From: Candidatus Poseidoniales archaeon
Lineage (GTDB): Archaea > Thermoplasmatota > Poseidoniia > MGIII > CG-Epi1
Assembly (NCBI GenBank): GCA_045567855.1
Contig: JBJLCC010000037.1
Span: 34,625 to 98,624, forward strand
DNA: 64,000 nucleotides
Reading direction: 5' to 3'
Shown: in pieces, positions 15,162-26,200 of the stretch
How positions within the stretch are numbered: the first letter of the stretch is position 1
Layout of the letters: every line of letters begins with the position of its first letter
Made by a program: the position numbers and the translations under genes
The notes under the pieces: model-generated
The model's database searches: none
Told to the model about the DNA's origin: nothing
Seen by the model: the letters and a program-made list of their open reading frames with translations, nothing else

Positions 15162-15393
15162 TATTTCTCTCTTTAAGCTTTATATTATAAACTGAGAAAA
15201 TGAATAAATCTGGATTTTCTTTTATCCTATCAACACATGAACCGCACATAGGTTGTATGAAACCTTGGTTCTCATCATGTTTATGTCTCAAGTCTCCTTC
15301 ATAACAATGTGAAACTAAGTATTCAGCTTCTGAAGGTTGATTTAACTTTGTTGGAGTTATTCCATGAACATCGATACACATTCTGCAATACAT
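15139..15393 (-). CDS. small Cys/His-rich protein (putative zinc-binding), unknown function
   Basis: Internal Met start MYCRMCIDVHG..; pattern C-x2-C..HC..H-x-H..C-x2-C; N-terminal extension of the tracked ORF is hydrophobic junk. Confidence 0.4.
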   Translation of the reverse strand: MYCRMCIDVHGITPTKLNQPSEAEYLVSHCYEGDLRHKHDENQGFIQPMCGSCVDRIKENPDLFIFSVYNIKLKERNIVEEKNE

Positions 15394-15474
15394 AATATAC
15401 CATTTGAAATAGTAGAAATGCGGTATTATAGTTATGCCGATTAATTTTATATAAGAGTGGCGAGTCGAAAAACT

Positions 15475-15720
15475 ATGGCAAAAGAAAAGAAGACACAAGG
15501 TTTTCAGTCAGCAGCAGGACTTATTAGGTATTTTGACGCTGAAGACAGTAATGCCATTCAAATCTCCAGATGGGGTGTAATGTTAGCTTGTATTCTAGCA
15601 ATTGTTGTCGTAGAGCTTTCAGAAGCGCTTGGTAGAGAAACAGGAGTTTATGCTCTCGCAGTTGGAGTAGTTATTTTAATTCTTAATGAAATAAGAAATA
15701 GTCGTTCCGGTTCTGTATAA
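15475..15720 (+). CDS. secG: preprotein translocase subunit Sec61-beta (archaeal SecG)
   Basis: MAKEKKTQGFQSAAGLIRYFDAEDSNAIQISRWGVMLACILAIVVV matches the Sec61-beta signature (SAGLxRYF[DE]E followed by a single TM). Confidence 0.7.
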   Translation: MAKEKKTQGFQSAAGLIRYFDAEDSNAIQISRWGVMLACILAIVVVELSEALGRETGVYALAVGVVILILNEIRNSRSGSV

Positions 15721-15741
15721 TTTTATTAACGTTTTTCTAAA

Positions 15742-16971
15742 TTGGATATTATGAAGCTTTGCGATTATTGTGGTTTTGTGATAAAGGATAGTGACGCAAA
15801 GTGTTCGAACTGCAGTATGACGGTTGCAGGCCGGGAATCTATGCAGGTACAGCCCAATTTAGTTTCTTCTCCAAAGAAAGTACAATCGCAGATACCATCA
15901 CGTACAATTTCTAGCTATATTCCTAAGAAGTTTATAGCAATTTTACTAGTTATAGGTCTATTTTCTTCACCTCAAGCTCAAACTTTACTGAATGATGGCT
16001 TAAATTATTGGGATGAATTAAATACTCCATATTACACAATTCCTGAAAAAATTACGTTAACCTATAATCGTAATTTTGAAATATATGTAGAGGAAGGAGA
16101 TGAAGTAGAGTATACCTTAACACTTAGTATTCCAGAGAGTCGTCCATCAGGTTCACAGACAGACATCATTAATTGGCAAACGATAGATAACTTGCAAGTT
16201 TCTCCAGCATATAATCTTACGCCGGAAGGCAGAATGGAATGGCGAAATAATCTTACGGGAGATGATAGAGACTTCATTAGTTTAGAATATACAGCTACGA
16301 TTAGTATTATACGCCCAGAGTTAAAAATATCAGATTCAGGTCTCGTAAGTGACATTCCAGATGATTATGATTTATATCTCCAAGATGAATGGTTAATTGA
16401 GCCCAGTAATGAAGATGTTCAAAGTTTGGCTAATCAATTGTCCAACGGAACAAATGGAAATGTAATTATGATACTGAAAAATATATTTGATTACATAGAG
16501 GAAAACTACAGGTATCAAAAATCTTCAATCCCTAAAAGTTGTCAAGATACGATAGTAGGTAGAGTAGGAGACTGCGATGATTTTTCAATATTATTTAGCT
16601 CAATCGCGAGGGCTGCAGGAATTCCAGCTTGGCTAGAATTAGGTATAATTCCAGCTTTTATTGATACAAGTGAAGCTTGTGATCTACGTGATTGGGGAGG
16701 ACATGCCTGGGTTAACGCTTTTGTTCCTCTAAATGATGGAACTTCAACAGTAGTAAGTATTGATCTAGCAAATTCTTATTTTATGTGGATGCCTCCATAC
16801 AGGATATCAGATTGGGTTGATAATGGAAATGGAGAAGATTTAGATTCTTATTATTATTTATTTAGTAGCAAAGGGATTAACTCCCAAGCCACCTACAAAG
16901 AAAATTCGTATGTATCTGCATGTGAGGTCCAAGGTGAGGTAAAACTTACAGATCTTGAGTTAGATTTATGA
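15742..16971 (+). CDS. membrane-anchored transglutaminase-like cysteine protease with N-terminal cytoplasmic Zn ribbon
   Basis: CDYCGF..(9)..CSNCS ribbon; single TM; GDCDDFSILFSSIARAAGIPAW..HAW..D (TGase-like Cys-His-Asp core). Confidence 0.75.
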   Translation: MDIMKLCDYCGFVIKDSDAKCSNCSMTVAGRESMQVQPNLVSSPKKVQSQIPSRTISSYIPKKFIAILLVIGLFSSPQAQTLLNDGLNYWDELNTPYYTIPEKITLTYNRNFEIYVEEGDEVEYTLTLSIPESRPSGSQTDIINWQTIDNLQVSPAYNLTPEGRMEWRNNLTGDDRDFISLEYTATISIIRPELKISDSGLVSDIPDDYDLYLQDEWLIEPSNEDVQSLANQLSNGTNGNVIMILKNIFDYIEENYRYQKSSIPKSCQDTIVGRVGDCDDFSILFSSIARAAGIPAWLELGIIPAFIDTSEACDLRDWGGHAWVNAFVPLNDGTSTVVSIDLANSYFMWMPPYRISDWVDNGNGEDLDSYYYLFSSKGINSQATYKENSYVSACEVQGEVKLTDLELDL

Positions 16972-17399
16972 ATGTAGATAGTTTCATTGAAAAAGATTTG
17001 GATAACTTGATGCTTTTTTTAGATAAGAATGTAACTGAGAATTATGATAAAAAGGTTTTTCTTACAATAAAAAATCGTTGGCCAGAAGGTTTTTTAATTA
17101 TCAAAAAAAATGACGAAATTATTGGAGTTTCTTGTGGAGCCATTCAACCGAATTTAAAACTTAGAATTCTGATAATTGCATTGGATAAAAGCTACAGAAG
17201 AAGAGGTTACGGTAAAAAACTTTTAAATATGATGGTTGAAAGAAGTTTAGTTTACGGAGTAAAAAAAGTAACACTTGAAGTGAGAAAAGATTCTTCAGCC
17301 ATATCTTTTTACCGTAATTTAAATTTTTCCAGCGTGGATGTGCTGCCATGTTATTATCAAGATGGCTGTGATGGAATTGTAATGGAGAAGCTAATTTAG
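16968..17399 (+). CDS. GNAT family N-acetyltransferase (RimI-like)
   Basis: RRRGYGKKLLNMMVERSLVYGVKKVTLEVR; ATGA overlap with the upstream gene. Confidence 0.75.
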   Translation: MNVDSFIEKDLDNLMLFLDKNVTENYDKKVFLTIKNRWPEGFLIIKKNDEIIGVSCGAIQPNLKLRILIIALDKSYRRRGYGKKLLNMMVERSLVYGVKKVTLEVRKDSSAISFYRNLNFSSVDVLPCYYQDGCDGIVMEKLI

Positions 17400-17469
17400 C
17401 TTTAATTCAGTTCAAGGCAATCTTTTTATACACCCCTGAATCCACAAGCTCCCAATTGGGGAAAAAACC

Positions 17470-18405
17470 ATGGCAGACAAAAACGACGACGGTAATGTTG
17501 ATGAAGTGACGGCTTGTCCAGATTGTAAGGGGACGCATTTGAAAAGAGACTATGATCATGCCGAAATTGTTTGCGCAGATTGTGGTTTGGTTTTAGAGGA
17601 TAACATAGTAGATACAGGCCCAGAATGGAGAGCTTTTGATATGCAGCAAGAAAATGCTCTTGCCAGGGCAGGTCCTCCTATGTCGACCACTTTGCCAGAC
17701 AAAGGCTTATCGACTGAAATTTCACCTACTAACAGAGATTATTATGGTAGATCAATCTCCAATAAAAATCAGTCAATGCTGTTTAGAATGAGAAAATGGC
17801 AGAGACGTGCAAGAGCTTCTAAATCAGCCGAAAGAAACATGGCAGTAGCTATGCGCGAAATGCAGGCTGTTGCAACCAATTTAAAATTACCAAGAAGGAT
17901 TCAAGAAACTGCAGCCTTCATTTACAGAAGAGCTATACAAGAGCAATCACTAAGTGGTCGAGCAATTGAGATGGTAGCTTGTGCGGCTCTTTATGCAGCA
18001 TGTAGGCAGGAAGGAGTGCCTCGAACCCTCACTGAGATCAGTAGGCATAGCCGTTATTCAAGAAAAGAGATATCTAGAACTTATCAAGTAATGGTTAAAG
18101 CTCTAAAAATGCATTCTATGCCTCCTTTACCAGAGGATTATTTACCTCGAATTTGTTCTAAGTTAGAGTTGTCTCCTAAGGTAGAAGGTGCTGCGAGAGA
18201 TTTGCTTAGAGCCGCACAAGATGTTCCATTGACTAATTCAGTTCCGATTTCACTTGCAGCTGCAGCAGTTTACATAGCATCTATTGTAAATAACGAAAGA
18301 AGAAAGCAGAAAGATGTTGCAAGAGCTGCAGATTTAACTGAAGTTACAATTAGAAGTAGATACAAGGAAATGGCTCAATTTTTGAACATAGATATACATA
18401 TCTAA
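17470..18405 (+). CDS. tfb: transcription initiation factor IIB (TFB)
   Basis: N-terminal Zn ribbon CPDCKG..CADCG, B-finger/core cyclin repeats, 311 aa. Confidence 0.92.
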   Translation: MADKNDDGNVDEVTACPDCKGTHLKRDYDHAEIVCADCGLVLEDNIVDTGPEWRAFDMQQENALARAGPPMSTTLPDKGLSTEISPTNRDYYGRSISNKNQSMLFRMRKWQRRARASKSAERNMAVAMREMQAVATNLKLPRRIQETAAFIYRRAIQEQSLSGRAIEMVACAALYAACRQEGVPRTLTEISRHSRYSRKEISRTYQVMVKALKMHSMPPLPEDYLPRICSKLELSPKVEGAARDLLRAAQDVPLTNSVPISLAAAAVYIASIVNNERRKQKDVARAADLTEVTIRSRYKEMAQFLNIDIHI

Positions 18406-18409
18406 TTTA

Positions 18410-18997
18410 ATGATAGATCAGGCTATCTACAGACGTTTCAATCATACTGTTGCTTCTTGTTTTGTAATATATTTTCTTTTTCCAGAGTATATACTGGGTG
18501 TTGGTAGATTATATTTTGTTATTGTGTTTTGGCTTAGTATAGTATCAATTGAATATTTTAGACTATCTGGAGTTTTCGCATTAGATGGGATGAGAGAATA
18601 TGAAAGTAACAGGGTTGCCGGTTTTGTCTGGTTTGCATCCGGAACTTGTATAATCTTATTTTTTTATGAAATAGGTGTATTCCCCGAAATATTTGCAGTT
18701 TCAACTATCATAATGGCTTCACTTGTTGACCCTCTAATAGGAGAATGTAACAAAAAGTATGGAGACTTACAGGGTTTTTTTGCAGGATTTATTGCTAGTG
18801 TGTTGATTTATCAACTTATTATTGGATCTTTATTCTATTCGCTAATAGGTGGGCTAGTGGCAGTTTTAGTCGAAAGACCTAAATTCAAATGGTTAGACGA
18901 TGATTTGTTAATGCAAATTTTCCCTATATTAATTATGACAATTTTTTATGTGTCTGGATTAGGTCCAGACTTACCAGTTTCTCTAGGGGGTGATTAA
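18410..18997 (+). CDS. small polytopic membrane protein (possibly CTP-transferase/dolichol-kinase-like superfamily)
   Basis: 195 aa, 5-6 TM; motif ASLVDPLIGE; function not assignable from sequence alone. Confidence 0.4.
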   Translation: MIDQAIYRRFNHTVASCFVIYFLFPEYILGVGRLYFVIVFWLSIVSIEYFRLSGVFALDGMREYESNRVAGFVWFASGTCIILFFYEIGVFPEIFAVSTIIMASLVDPLIGECNKKYGDLQGFFAGFIASVLIYQLIIGSLFYSLIGGLVAVLVERPKFKWLDDDLLMQIFPILIMTIFYVSGLGPDLPVSLGGD

Positions 18998-19154
18998 ATA
19001 GAATTTACTAAATTTTACATTGGAATTTTGTACACAGTACTGATTATTTGCTCAATTGTATTTTACTTAAATAATTATTATATCATAGCTTCCTTATTGG
19101 TTCTCGGTAATATGTTGCCAGGCTATAAATTAGCGTTATCATTGATGGTGAAGC

Positions 19155-20252
19155 ATGAAGATTAATTACAAAAACAGATGGGATAATATTCAAAGTAGTC
19201 TTGGCGAAATGGATGCATTTGTGTCTGCACTACCAGGTAATACAAGATATCTCGCTAACTCTGGTTCTCCTCCAGGGAGCCCTCCAAGTTCAACAATGAA
19301 TTACGTTATTATTCCGAAGAGAGGAGAGCCCATAGCCATAACTTCATCACTTGAAGAACATAGATGTAGACATGAGTCTTCCGTGAAAGATATAAGATGT
19401 TGGACGACTTACCCCGACATTGAATCAGACGGCAAAAGCTCTTTAGATGTTCTTAAATCGACACTTTTTGACATCAAGGCTAAAAAAGTATTTGCAGATA
19501 CCAAGATAAGGCTCGGTAGATCGTTTGGTATTTCTGTTAGTTCAAAAATAAATAAATTAAGATCAATCAAATCTGAAGAAGAGCTTGATAGAATTAAGAA
19601 AGCTATTAAGCATTCAGATTCTGGGCAATCCTTTGCACATAATTTGGTCGAGTCAGGTGAGGGACTTACAGAGAAGGAGGTTCGATCTGAAATAGATTAT
19701 TTTATGGCAAGAAAGGGAATACAGGAGAATTCATTTGGTACTATCGTTGCTTCAGGCCCTAACTCAGCACATTCTCATCATTCAAATACAGATCGGAAAC
19801 TGGAATTGGGAGATCCAGTTATCTGTGACTTTGGAGTTTTCTGGGACGGATATTGTTCCGACATAACTAGGACTTACTTCGTCGGAGGATCTCCATCGGA
19901 AGATTGGAAAAAAATATATAATATTGTTATGGAAGCTAATAAGAGATCGACTGAAGCTTTGATTCAAGGTAGCACATGTCATAAAGTAGATAAAGCAGGA
20001 CGGGACTTCATAAGAAAGAAAGGATATGGTGCTAATTTTGTACATGGCACTGGACATGGCTTTGGATTAGAGATTCACGAATATCCTTCTGTAACTTATA
20101 AATCTAGAGTTAAAGTTGAAAATTCAATGGCAGTTACTATTGAGCCTGGAATTTATATTCCAGGGAAAGGCGGTATCCGTATAGAGGACGATGTTTTGCC
20201 GCACGGTTCTAATCCTATAGTCTTAACTAAGGCTAAAAAGGAGATATATTAG
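19155..20252 (+). CDS. Xaa-Pro aminopeptidase / M24B metallopeptidase
   Basis: HGTGHGFGLEIHEYPS, DVICDFG pita-bread metal ligands. Confidence 0.85.
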   Translation: MKINYKNRWDNIQSSLGEMDAFVSALPGNTRYLANSGSPPGSPPSSTMNYVIIPKRGEPIAITSSLEEHRCRHESSVKDIRCWTTYPDIESDGKSSLDVLKSTLFDIKAKKVFADTKIRLGRSFGISVSSKINKLRSIKSEEELDRIKKAIKHSDSGQSFAHNLVESGEGLTEKEVRSEIDYFMARKGIQENSFGTIVASGPNSAHSHHSNTDRKLELGDPVICDFGVFWDGYCSDITRTYFVGGSPSEDWKKIYNIVMEANKRSTEALIQGSTCHKVDKAGRDFIRKKGYGANFVHGTGHGFGLEIHEYPSVTYKSRVKVENSMAVTIEPGIYIPGKGGIRIEDDVLPHGSNPIVLTKAKKEIY

Positions 20253-21751
20253 TGTCAGCTGCAAGTTTGGTAGTTAAACGACTTCTTGAAAAGAAGCCAA
20301 AGACTAGGCAAGATATACAACTAATTAAGTTAGAAGTTGCAAGAGAAGAGAAATTCGATGCTATTCCTCCAAATAATCAACTTCTAGCTGAAATAGACGC
20401 TAAAGAAGAACCTGAGTTAGCTAAATTATTAAGAGTAAAGCCAATGCGTACAAGCGCGGGAGTCACTCCCGTTGCAATTATGACTTCGCCAGCCCCTTGC
20501 CCACACGGTACGTGTACTTTTTGCCCTGGAGGGCCAAAGAATGACAGCCCTCAATCATATACTGGGCACGAACCTGCAGCAAGGAGAGGTAAAAGGCACA
20601 ACTACAACTCTAAGTCACAGGTTGAATCAAGATTAGAGCAATACATTAGAAACGGGCATCCTACTGATAAAATAGAAATAATAGTAATGGGAGGTACTTT
20701 TACATCAAGAGCCCCTGACTATCAAGATGAATTTTTAAAGGGAGCATTCTCAACACTTAATGGTAAAGAATTACCTCTTGAAGAGGCACTTCAAGTAAAT
20801 GGCAATGCTAAGCATAAATGTGTAGCCCTAACAATTGAAACTAGGCCAACTGAATGTACACCATGGTCTGTTTTTCAAATGCGAAAGCAGGGAGCCACAC
20901 GAGTTGAGATTGGTGTCCAGTGTTTGGATGATGAGGTACACAGCAAGTTAAATCGAAAACAGCTTGTTGAAGACGTAGTTAAGGCTACGAAATTGCTAAA
21001 AGAAGCCGGTTTGAAAGTTGTCTATCATTTAATGCCAGGATTGCCAGGTATGAATCCTGAGAAAGATTTAAGAGATTTTAAAAGATTATTTGAAGAAGAA
21101 GAGTTTCAACCTGATATGCTGAAGTTATATCCTACTCTTTTGGTCAAAGGTTCAGCTTTGGCCCGTGATCCCGGTGACTTCGTTCCCTATAATACTGAGA
21201 CAGCAGCCAGCTTAATTGCAGACCTTAAAGAGATAGTTCCTCCGTATGTTAGAATACAAAGAATTCAAAGAGATATTCCTAAGCCTCAGATTATAGCAGG
21301 GGTTATGAATTCGAATTTACGGCAATATGCTAGAAGAGAGTTGAAAATAAGAGGTAAGAAGTGTAGCTGTATTAATTGTAGAGAATTGTGGAGAGCTCAG
21401 ATAGACCCTTCAACAGCTGAATTAAAAGAGATTAAGTACAAATCTAGCGGAGGTGACGAATATTTCGTGTCTTTTGAGTCAGGTACCAAACTATTGGGAT
21501 ATTTACGTTTGAGGTTAGATGATAACGCTACAGTTCGTGAGTTAAAAGTAACTGGACAGGCGGCAAATATAGGTAAGACAGGAACAGGTGTCCAACACAT
21601 GGGTTTAGGCAGCAAGTTAATGAAGATAGCTGAAGAAAAAGCCGCAGCTTATTCAAAAATCCGAGTGACACATGGGCCAGGCACACGACTTTATTATGAA
21701 AAATTAGGCTATGAATTAGAAGATTATTACATGGTTAAACACTTGCCTTAG
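20252..21751 (+). CDS. elp3: Elp3-like radical SAM/GNAT tRNA uridine(34) carboxymethyl-modification enzyme
   Basis: CPHGTCTFCPGGP..QSYTGHEPAARRG radical-SAM cluster and C-terminal GNAT domain; GTG start overlaps the pepP stop. Confidence 0.85.
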   Translation: MSAASLVVKRLLEKKPKTRQDIQLIKLEVAREEKFDAIPPNNQLLAEIDAKEEPELAKLLRVKPMRTSAGVTPVAIMTSPAPCPHGTCTFCPGGPKNDSPQSYTGHEPAARRGKRHNYNSKSQVESRLEQYIRNGHPTDKIEIIVMGGTFTSRAPDYQDEFLKGAFSTLNGKELPLEEALQVNGNAKHKCVALTIETRPTECTPWSVFQMRKQGATRVEIGVQCLDDEVHSKLNRKQLVEDVVKATKLLKEAGLKVVYHLMPGLPGMNPEKDLRDFKRLFEEEEFQPDMLKLYPTLLVKGSALARDPGDFVPYNTETAASLIADLKEIVPPYVRIQRIQRDIPKPQIIAGVMNSNLRQYARRELKIRGKKCSCINCRELWRAQIDPSTAELKEIKYKSSGGDEYFVSFESGTKLLGYLRLRLDDNATVRELKVTGQAANIGKTGTGVQHMGLGSKLMKIAEEKAAAYSKIRVTHGPGTRLYYEKLGYELEDYYMVKHLP

Positions 21752-21754
21752 TTT

Positions 21755-22675
21755 ATGACCCTATCTAGCTTTAGCCAAGATATTTCCAAAGTTGGTTGGG
21801 ATAGGCACATAGATGTTCTGATTAATAATCACAGAATAGTTCCAACTAAAAAAAACATATATTTATCATTAAAGAAGAAAATTTCTGAAAAGACAGAAGG
21901 TGTTAATTTTGGAGTTCTTTTATCTGGGGGTGTTGATTCGTCTATTATAGCTAAGATATGCAAAGATTTGGGTAGAGAGTTCCGTTGTTTTTGTGTTGGT
22001 ATCAAGGGATCAAAGGATATTTTTTATGCTCGAAAAGTTTCAGACTATTTTAATCTAGATTTAGTTGTTAAAGAATATACTTTAGATGAATTAGAGTTAT
22101 TGTTAAAAGAAGTAATTGATGTTTTACCGATACCAGTTATAGAGGAAGACAATTACATTGAATATATTGTTAAGCTTACAGTTTCAGCAGTCAACTTAGG
22201 TTCTATGAGACTAGGCAGTGAAGAATTATTCTTTACTGGAATTGGCGCTGAAGAACTGTTTGCAGGTTACGAAAGACATTCGAAAGCAATTAAAGGAGGA
22301 GGAACTTGGAGAGGCATAAGAATTGGAGATCTAAAACAGGAGGGTATAAGTGGACTTAAGAGAATGTATAATCTTGTTTTTGAGCGGGATAAATTAATTT
22401 CTTCTTATATTTCAAAATCATTATTAGCTCCTTACTTAGCAGATGAGGTAATTATTCAGGCGATGAATATGAGAGATTCTCAAAAAATTGATTCATTAAG
22501 CAATAAAAAAATTCTTCGCAATATTGCTTTGGACTTAGGGATACCAAAGGAATTTTCTGATCGCAAGAAGAAGGGTGCTCAATACGGAAGTGGGTTCGAT
22601 AAAGCAATATTAAAACTTGCGAAGCTGAACGGTTTTAAGCTTAAAAAAAGATATATTGAAAGCTTGATGAGTTAG
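21755..22675 (+). CDS. PP-loop ATP pyrophosphatase (asparagine synthetase C-domain-like adenine nucleotide alpha-hydrolase)
   Basis: LSGGVDSSIIAKI (SGGxDS PP-loop). Confidence 0.6.
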   Translation: MTLSSFSQDISKVGWDRHIDVLINNHRIVPTKKNIYLSLKKKISEKTEGVNFGVLLSGGVDSSIIAKICKDLGREFRCFCVGIKGSKDIFYARKVSDYFNLDLVVKEYTLDELELLLKEVIDVLPIPVIEEDNYIEYIVKLTVSAVNLGSMRLGSEELFFTGIGAEELFAGYERHSKAIKGGGTWRGIRIGDLKQEGISGLKRMYNLVFERDKLISSYISKSLLAPYLADEVIIQAMNMRDSQKIDSLSNKKILRNIALDLGIPKEFSDRKKKGAQYGSGFDKAILKLAKLNGFKLKKRYIESLMS

Positions 22676-22763
22676 CAAAAAGTTCTTTGTGAATATTTTA
22701 TAAGTAACTATCTTGATAATATATTATGTTACAACACATTTATATCAAAAGAAGTGATGTCTT

Positions 22764-23228
22764 ATGATTGGAGAGTCTGCACCAAATTTTACATTGAAAA
22801 ATACGTCTAAGGAAGATGTATCATTGGCAGATTATGCAGGGAAAAATGTTATTTTAGCATTTTATCCAGGCGCATTTACAGGGGTTTGTGATACTGAGAT
22901 GTGTTCATTTCAAGATAATCTGTCAAAGTTAAATGAATCTAATTCAGATGTAATCGGCATAAGCGTTGATTCTCCATGGGCTAACGCAGAATTTGCATCT
23001 AAGTATAACCTTAATTTTGAATTATTGTCTGACATAGACAGAGAAGTTGTCGATGCATATGATGCAAAATTTGTTGGTCTCGGCGGTATTGAAGGTTACG
23101 AAAGTGCCAATCGAGTAGTTATCGTTATTGATAAAGAAGGTATAGTTAGACACAGGTGGGTTGCTGAAAATCCTGGCGTAGAACCCGATTACGACGAGAT
23201 AGTTTCTTTCGCACAATCACTTAGTTAA
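22764..23228 (+). CDS. bcp: peroxiredoxin, Bcp-type thiol peroxidase
   Basis: PGAFTGVCDTEMC peroxidatic Cys motif, 154 aa. Confidence 0.8.
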   Translation: MIGESAPNFTLKNTSKEDVSLADYAGKNVILAFYPGAFTGVCDTEMCSFQDNLSKLNESNSDVIGISVDSPWANAEFASKYNLNFELLSDIDREVVDAYDAKFVGLGGIEGYESANRVVIVIDKEGIVRHRWVAENPGVEPDYDEIVSFAQSLS

Positions 23229-23243
23229 TCTATAAATCTTATC

Positions 23244-26200
23244 CTAGAATAAGCTTAGACTATCTGAATTGGCCATTCTATCTAGAGTTTCAGTAACTAG
23301 TGAAGTAGGGCCAAGCACTTCTTTAGCATGTAAAAACATGCATCTTATTTCATTTCTTTCCAGACCTTCAAGTGATGGCATAATGTTAGATCTAATAACT
23401 CTGTCCAAAGCCAGTTCAGGTCCATATTTTTTAATTGAATTAAATATAGTGACCATCGAATCAATTAATAATGCAGGTCCAATTTTTCTAAATGTACGTA
23501 CTCCGAGTGGAGCTTCATCGCCACGTTTTGGTGGTTCACTTGGTTTCAAAAAGTTTACTAATTTTTCATGGCAAGCATACATGCTTCCATCTTCATCATA
23601 GAAGTCAAACTTCTTTTGAGGGAAGTGGCGACAAGTTTCTCCAAATTTCCACAAGCCATCGCCTTCGGGCCTGTCAGGCACTAAACCTAATTTCTTTAGT
23701 TTGAAATAAACAAAAACAGGCATACGATTGTATTCATCTTCAGGTAGTGGCAAACCTATTTCAACGAAAGCAAAACGCCTCATTAGAGCGAAACCAACGT
23801 TAAACAAGGTATTCTTATCTTGAGTATTCATTGTTCCAATAATTCTAAATTCTGGAGGCATCATGAACGGAGCGCCCCCGGTTTCTTTATGAGTTAGTAA
23901 CGGTTGTTTATCTCGATATTCAAAAACTGTAAATAATTTACCAAACGCTTCATCAATATTAGCTCTGTTAAACTCATCAATTACTAAGTAGTGGGGCCTA
24001 CCTCTTTCACGGATTGATTTTTCACATAATTTGGCAGCTTCTGCGACATATCCATCTTTGAAGTAATATCCTCCAGAATCATCGGGTGAAATACCGCCAA
24101 TAACGTCGAAATTCGACCATTCGGCATTAGCTGTAACGATAGTGTAATTTGGTGCCATACTTCCGTTTGGCTGCTTTATTTCTCCACATAATTTGGTTAA
24201 CAAAATATTGGATAAAGCAGTCTTACCAGTCCCTGGTTCTCCGAATAGCATAATATTCTTACCTGAAGTTAAATGAGTAATAACTTCGTCCACAGTCTCT
24301 TGCGTTGTTGAATATGCCTCAGCTATTTCATGGAAATCAACCTCATAATCCACTTCTATTGCTTGTCTTATTTCAACAGATTGATCTACAGTATCCATCA
24401 TTGTCTTTTCAACTAACTCAAGATCCGGTGTATGTTCAGTAGTGTGTTTAAGTTCGACTTGAAATTCGTCTCCATATTCATTCATTAAAAATTCCATAGC
24501 TGAGTCTACAGTCCATTCGGGCATCACTTTTTGTTCACCTGGAACAGATGGTGCAAAAGGATCTTGTCGGTTTGGCATAGCTGCATCACTAGCAATAGAT
24601 AATTCACGCAGTTTTTGAGAACCAAATTTGTAGCTTAGCCAAAATCCTACAGCAGTAACCAATGCAGATAATAACAGATTAAACTGTGCTTCACCATCAT
24701 CAGGCCATTCGATATCATTTCCACCTAAGACTACTGGAGCGATGAAAGTTCCAAATAGTGCGAATATTCCAGAGGCAAATATTACGAAGTAAGCAACTCC
24801 CATTGAACCAGATTCTCCTCTTCGTTTTCGATAAAAGGAGACCATTCCGACAGTTGCCACTCCTAGGGCCATTACAGTCAGGGTTGTATCATTTTCATCA
24901 AATACTAATGCACCTTCGTCACTGGTTACAACATTGAAAACTAGAATTGCAAATTGTAAGCCCAGACCGGATAGAATCATTGAGAAGTATTTAGCCTCAT
25001 CAATATCATTAATTTTAGTATTTGATATCAACCAATTTGCAACGCCCAAGAAAAGAAGCGTTGCAGAAAGTAATACCATCATATTACTTCCATTTCCTAA
25101 GTCAAGGGCAACAATTTCTAAATTTTGATACCCTATTTGTTGACATTGTGAAATATCTTCTTCAGCAACATTATTATCTATCAAATTTTGGAGGTAAGAT
25201 TGTGGTAATTGTGTGTTACATATAGTGTAAGGGCCTAAAGAGTAATTGTAGAAAACAGAGGAGAATAAAGATGCGGCAGCGAGTATGAAAATGTAGAATG
25301 TCAAGCTAGGAGGGTCACTTAGTGATCTTCCTAAAGACGTTCGTATTAGTAAAACACTTCCTGAAACAATTAGACCTATAGTGCAAACAAAACCGATAGT
25401 TAGAGGAAGAGCAAATATTACATTGTTGAGCAACCCGCCATATATTGCAAATAGAATAGTTTCGAATATTGCGAATCCCAAAATAGGAAGTACAATTGAT
25501 GTGTTTGGTATTTTATTGTAAATGTAGAACGCCGTCGTAATAAGTAGCAAATTTAAAAGCATAAAAGAGAAAGTACTTATAAATTTCATATCTACAGGAC
25601 ACCCAAATCTCTCGTCGTCGTCTACTTGACGACTTTCGTCTCTGTCTGTAAGTAAAATATCGAAGCCTTGTTCATCAGATTTTACAAAATCGATGTACCT
25701 CTGGCTATCCCATATTTCACAGTTGAACGGCTCCCCAGAAAATGGTTCAGAGGTACCTCTTCCAATAAGCGTACTATTGCCATCTGGTGTTGGTTTGTTG
25801 TAAGGGTCTGATGGCATATATCCATCTAATGATTCTTGAGAAGTAGTAGGGACAGAAGACACTGCAAGGCCAATAACTCCAGATAATAGTAAAATTGAAA
25901 TTACAACTATAGTCAAAGGAGCAATATAGTTAATCTCACCTTTAGACAAGAAAATTCTGTCGAGCTTTTTGCTAATATCTGCAAAGAAAGTTCCTAATTG
26001 GGGAATATTATCAATAAATTTAGATAATGCATTGTCGGTTTTTTCATCGGTCGGATTTGTTTCTGTAGCATTCAAAGTTTCTTCAAGCAGCCTTTCTTCT
26101 TCACTTAATTCTTTTACATCTTCAGAGCCTTTCTCATCAGTTGGTAAACCATCTAATTTCATACCTGCGATATCTTCAGAGATATCGCCTGAATCCTTAG

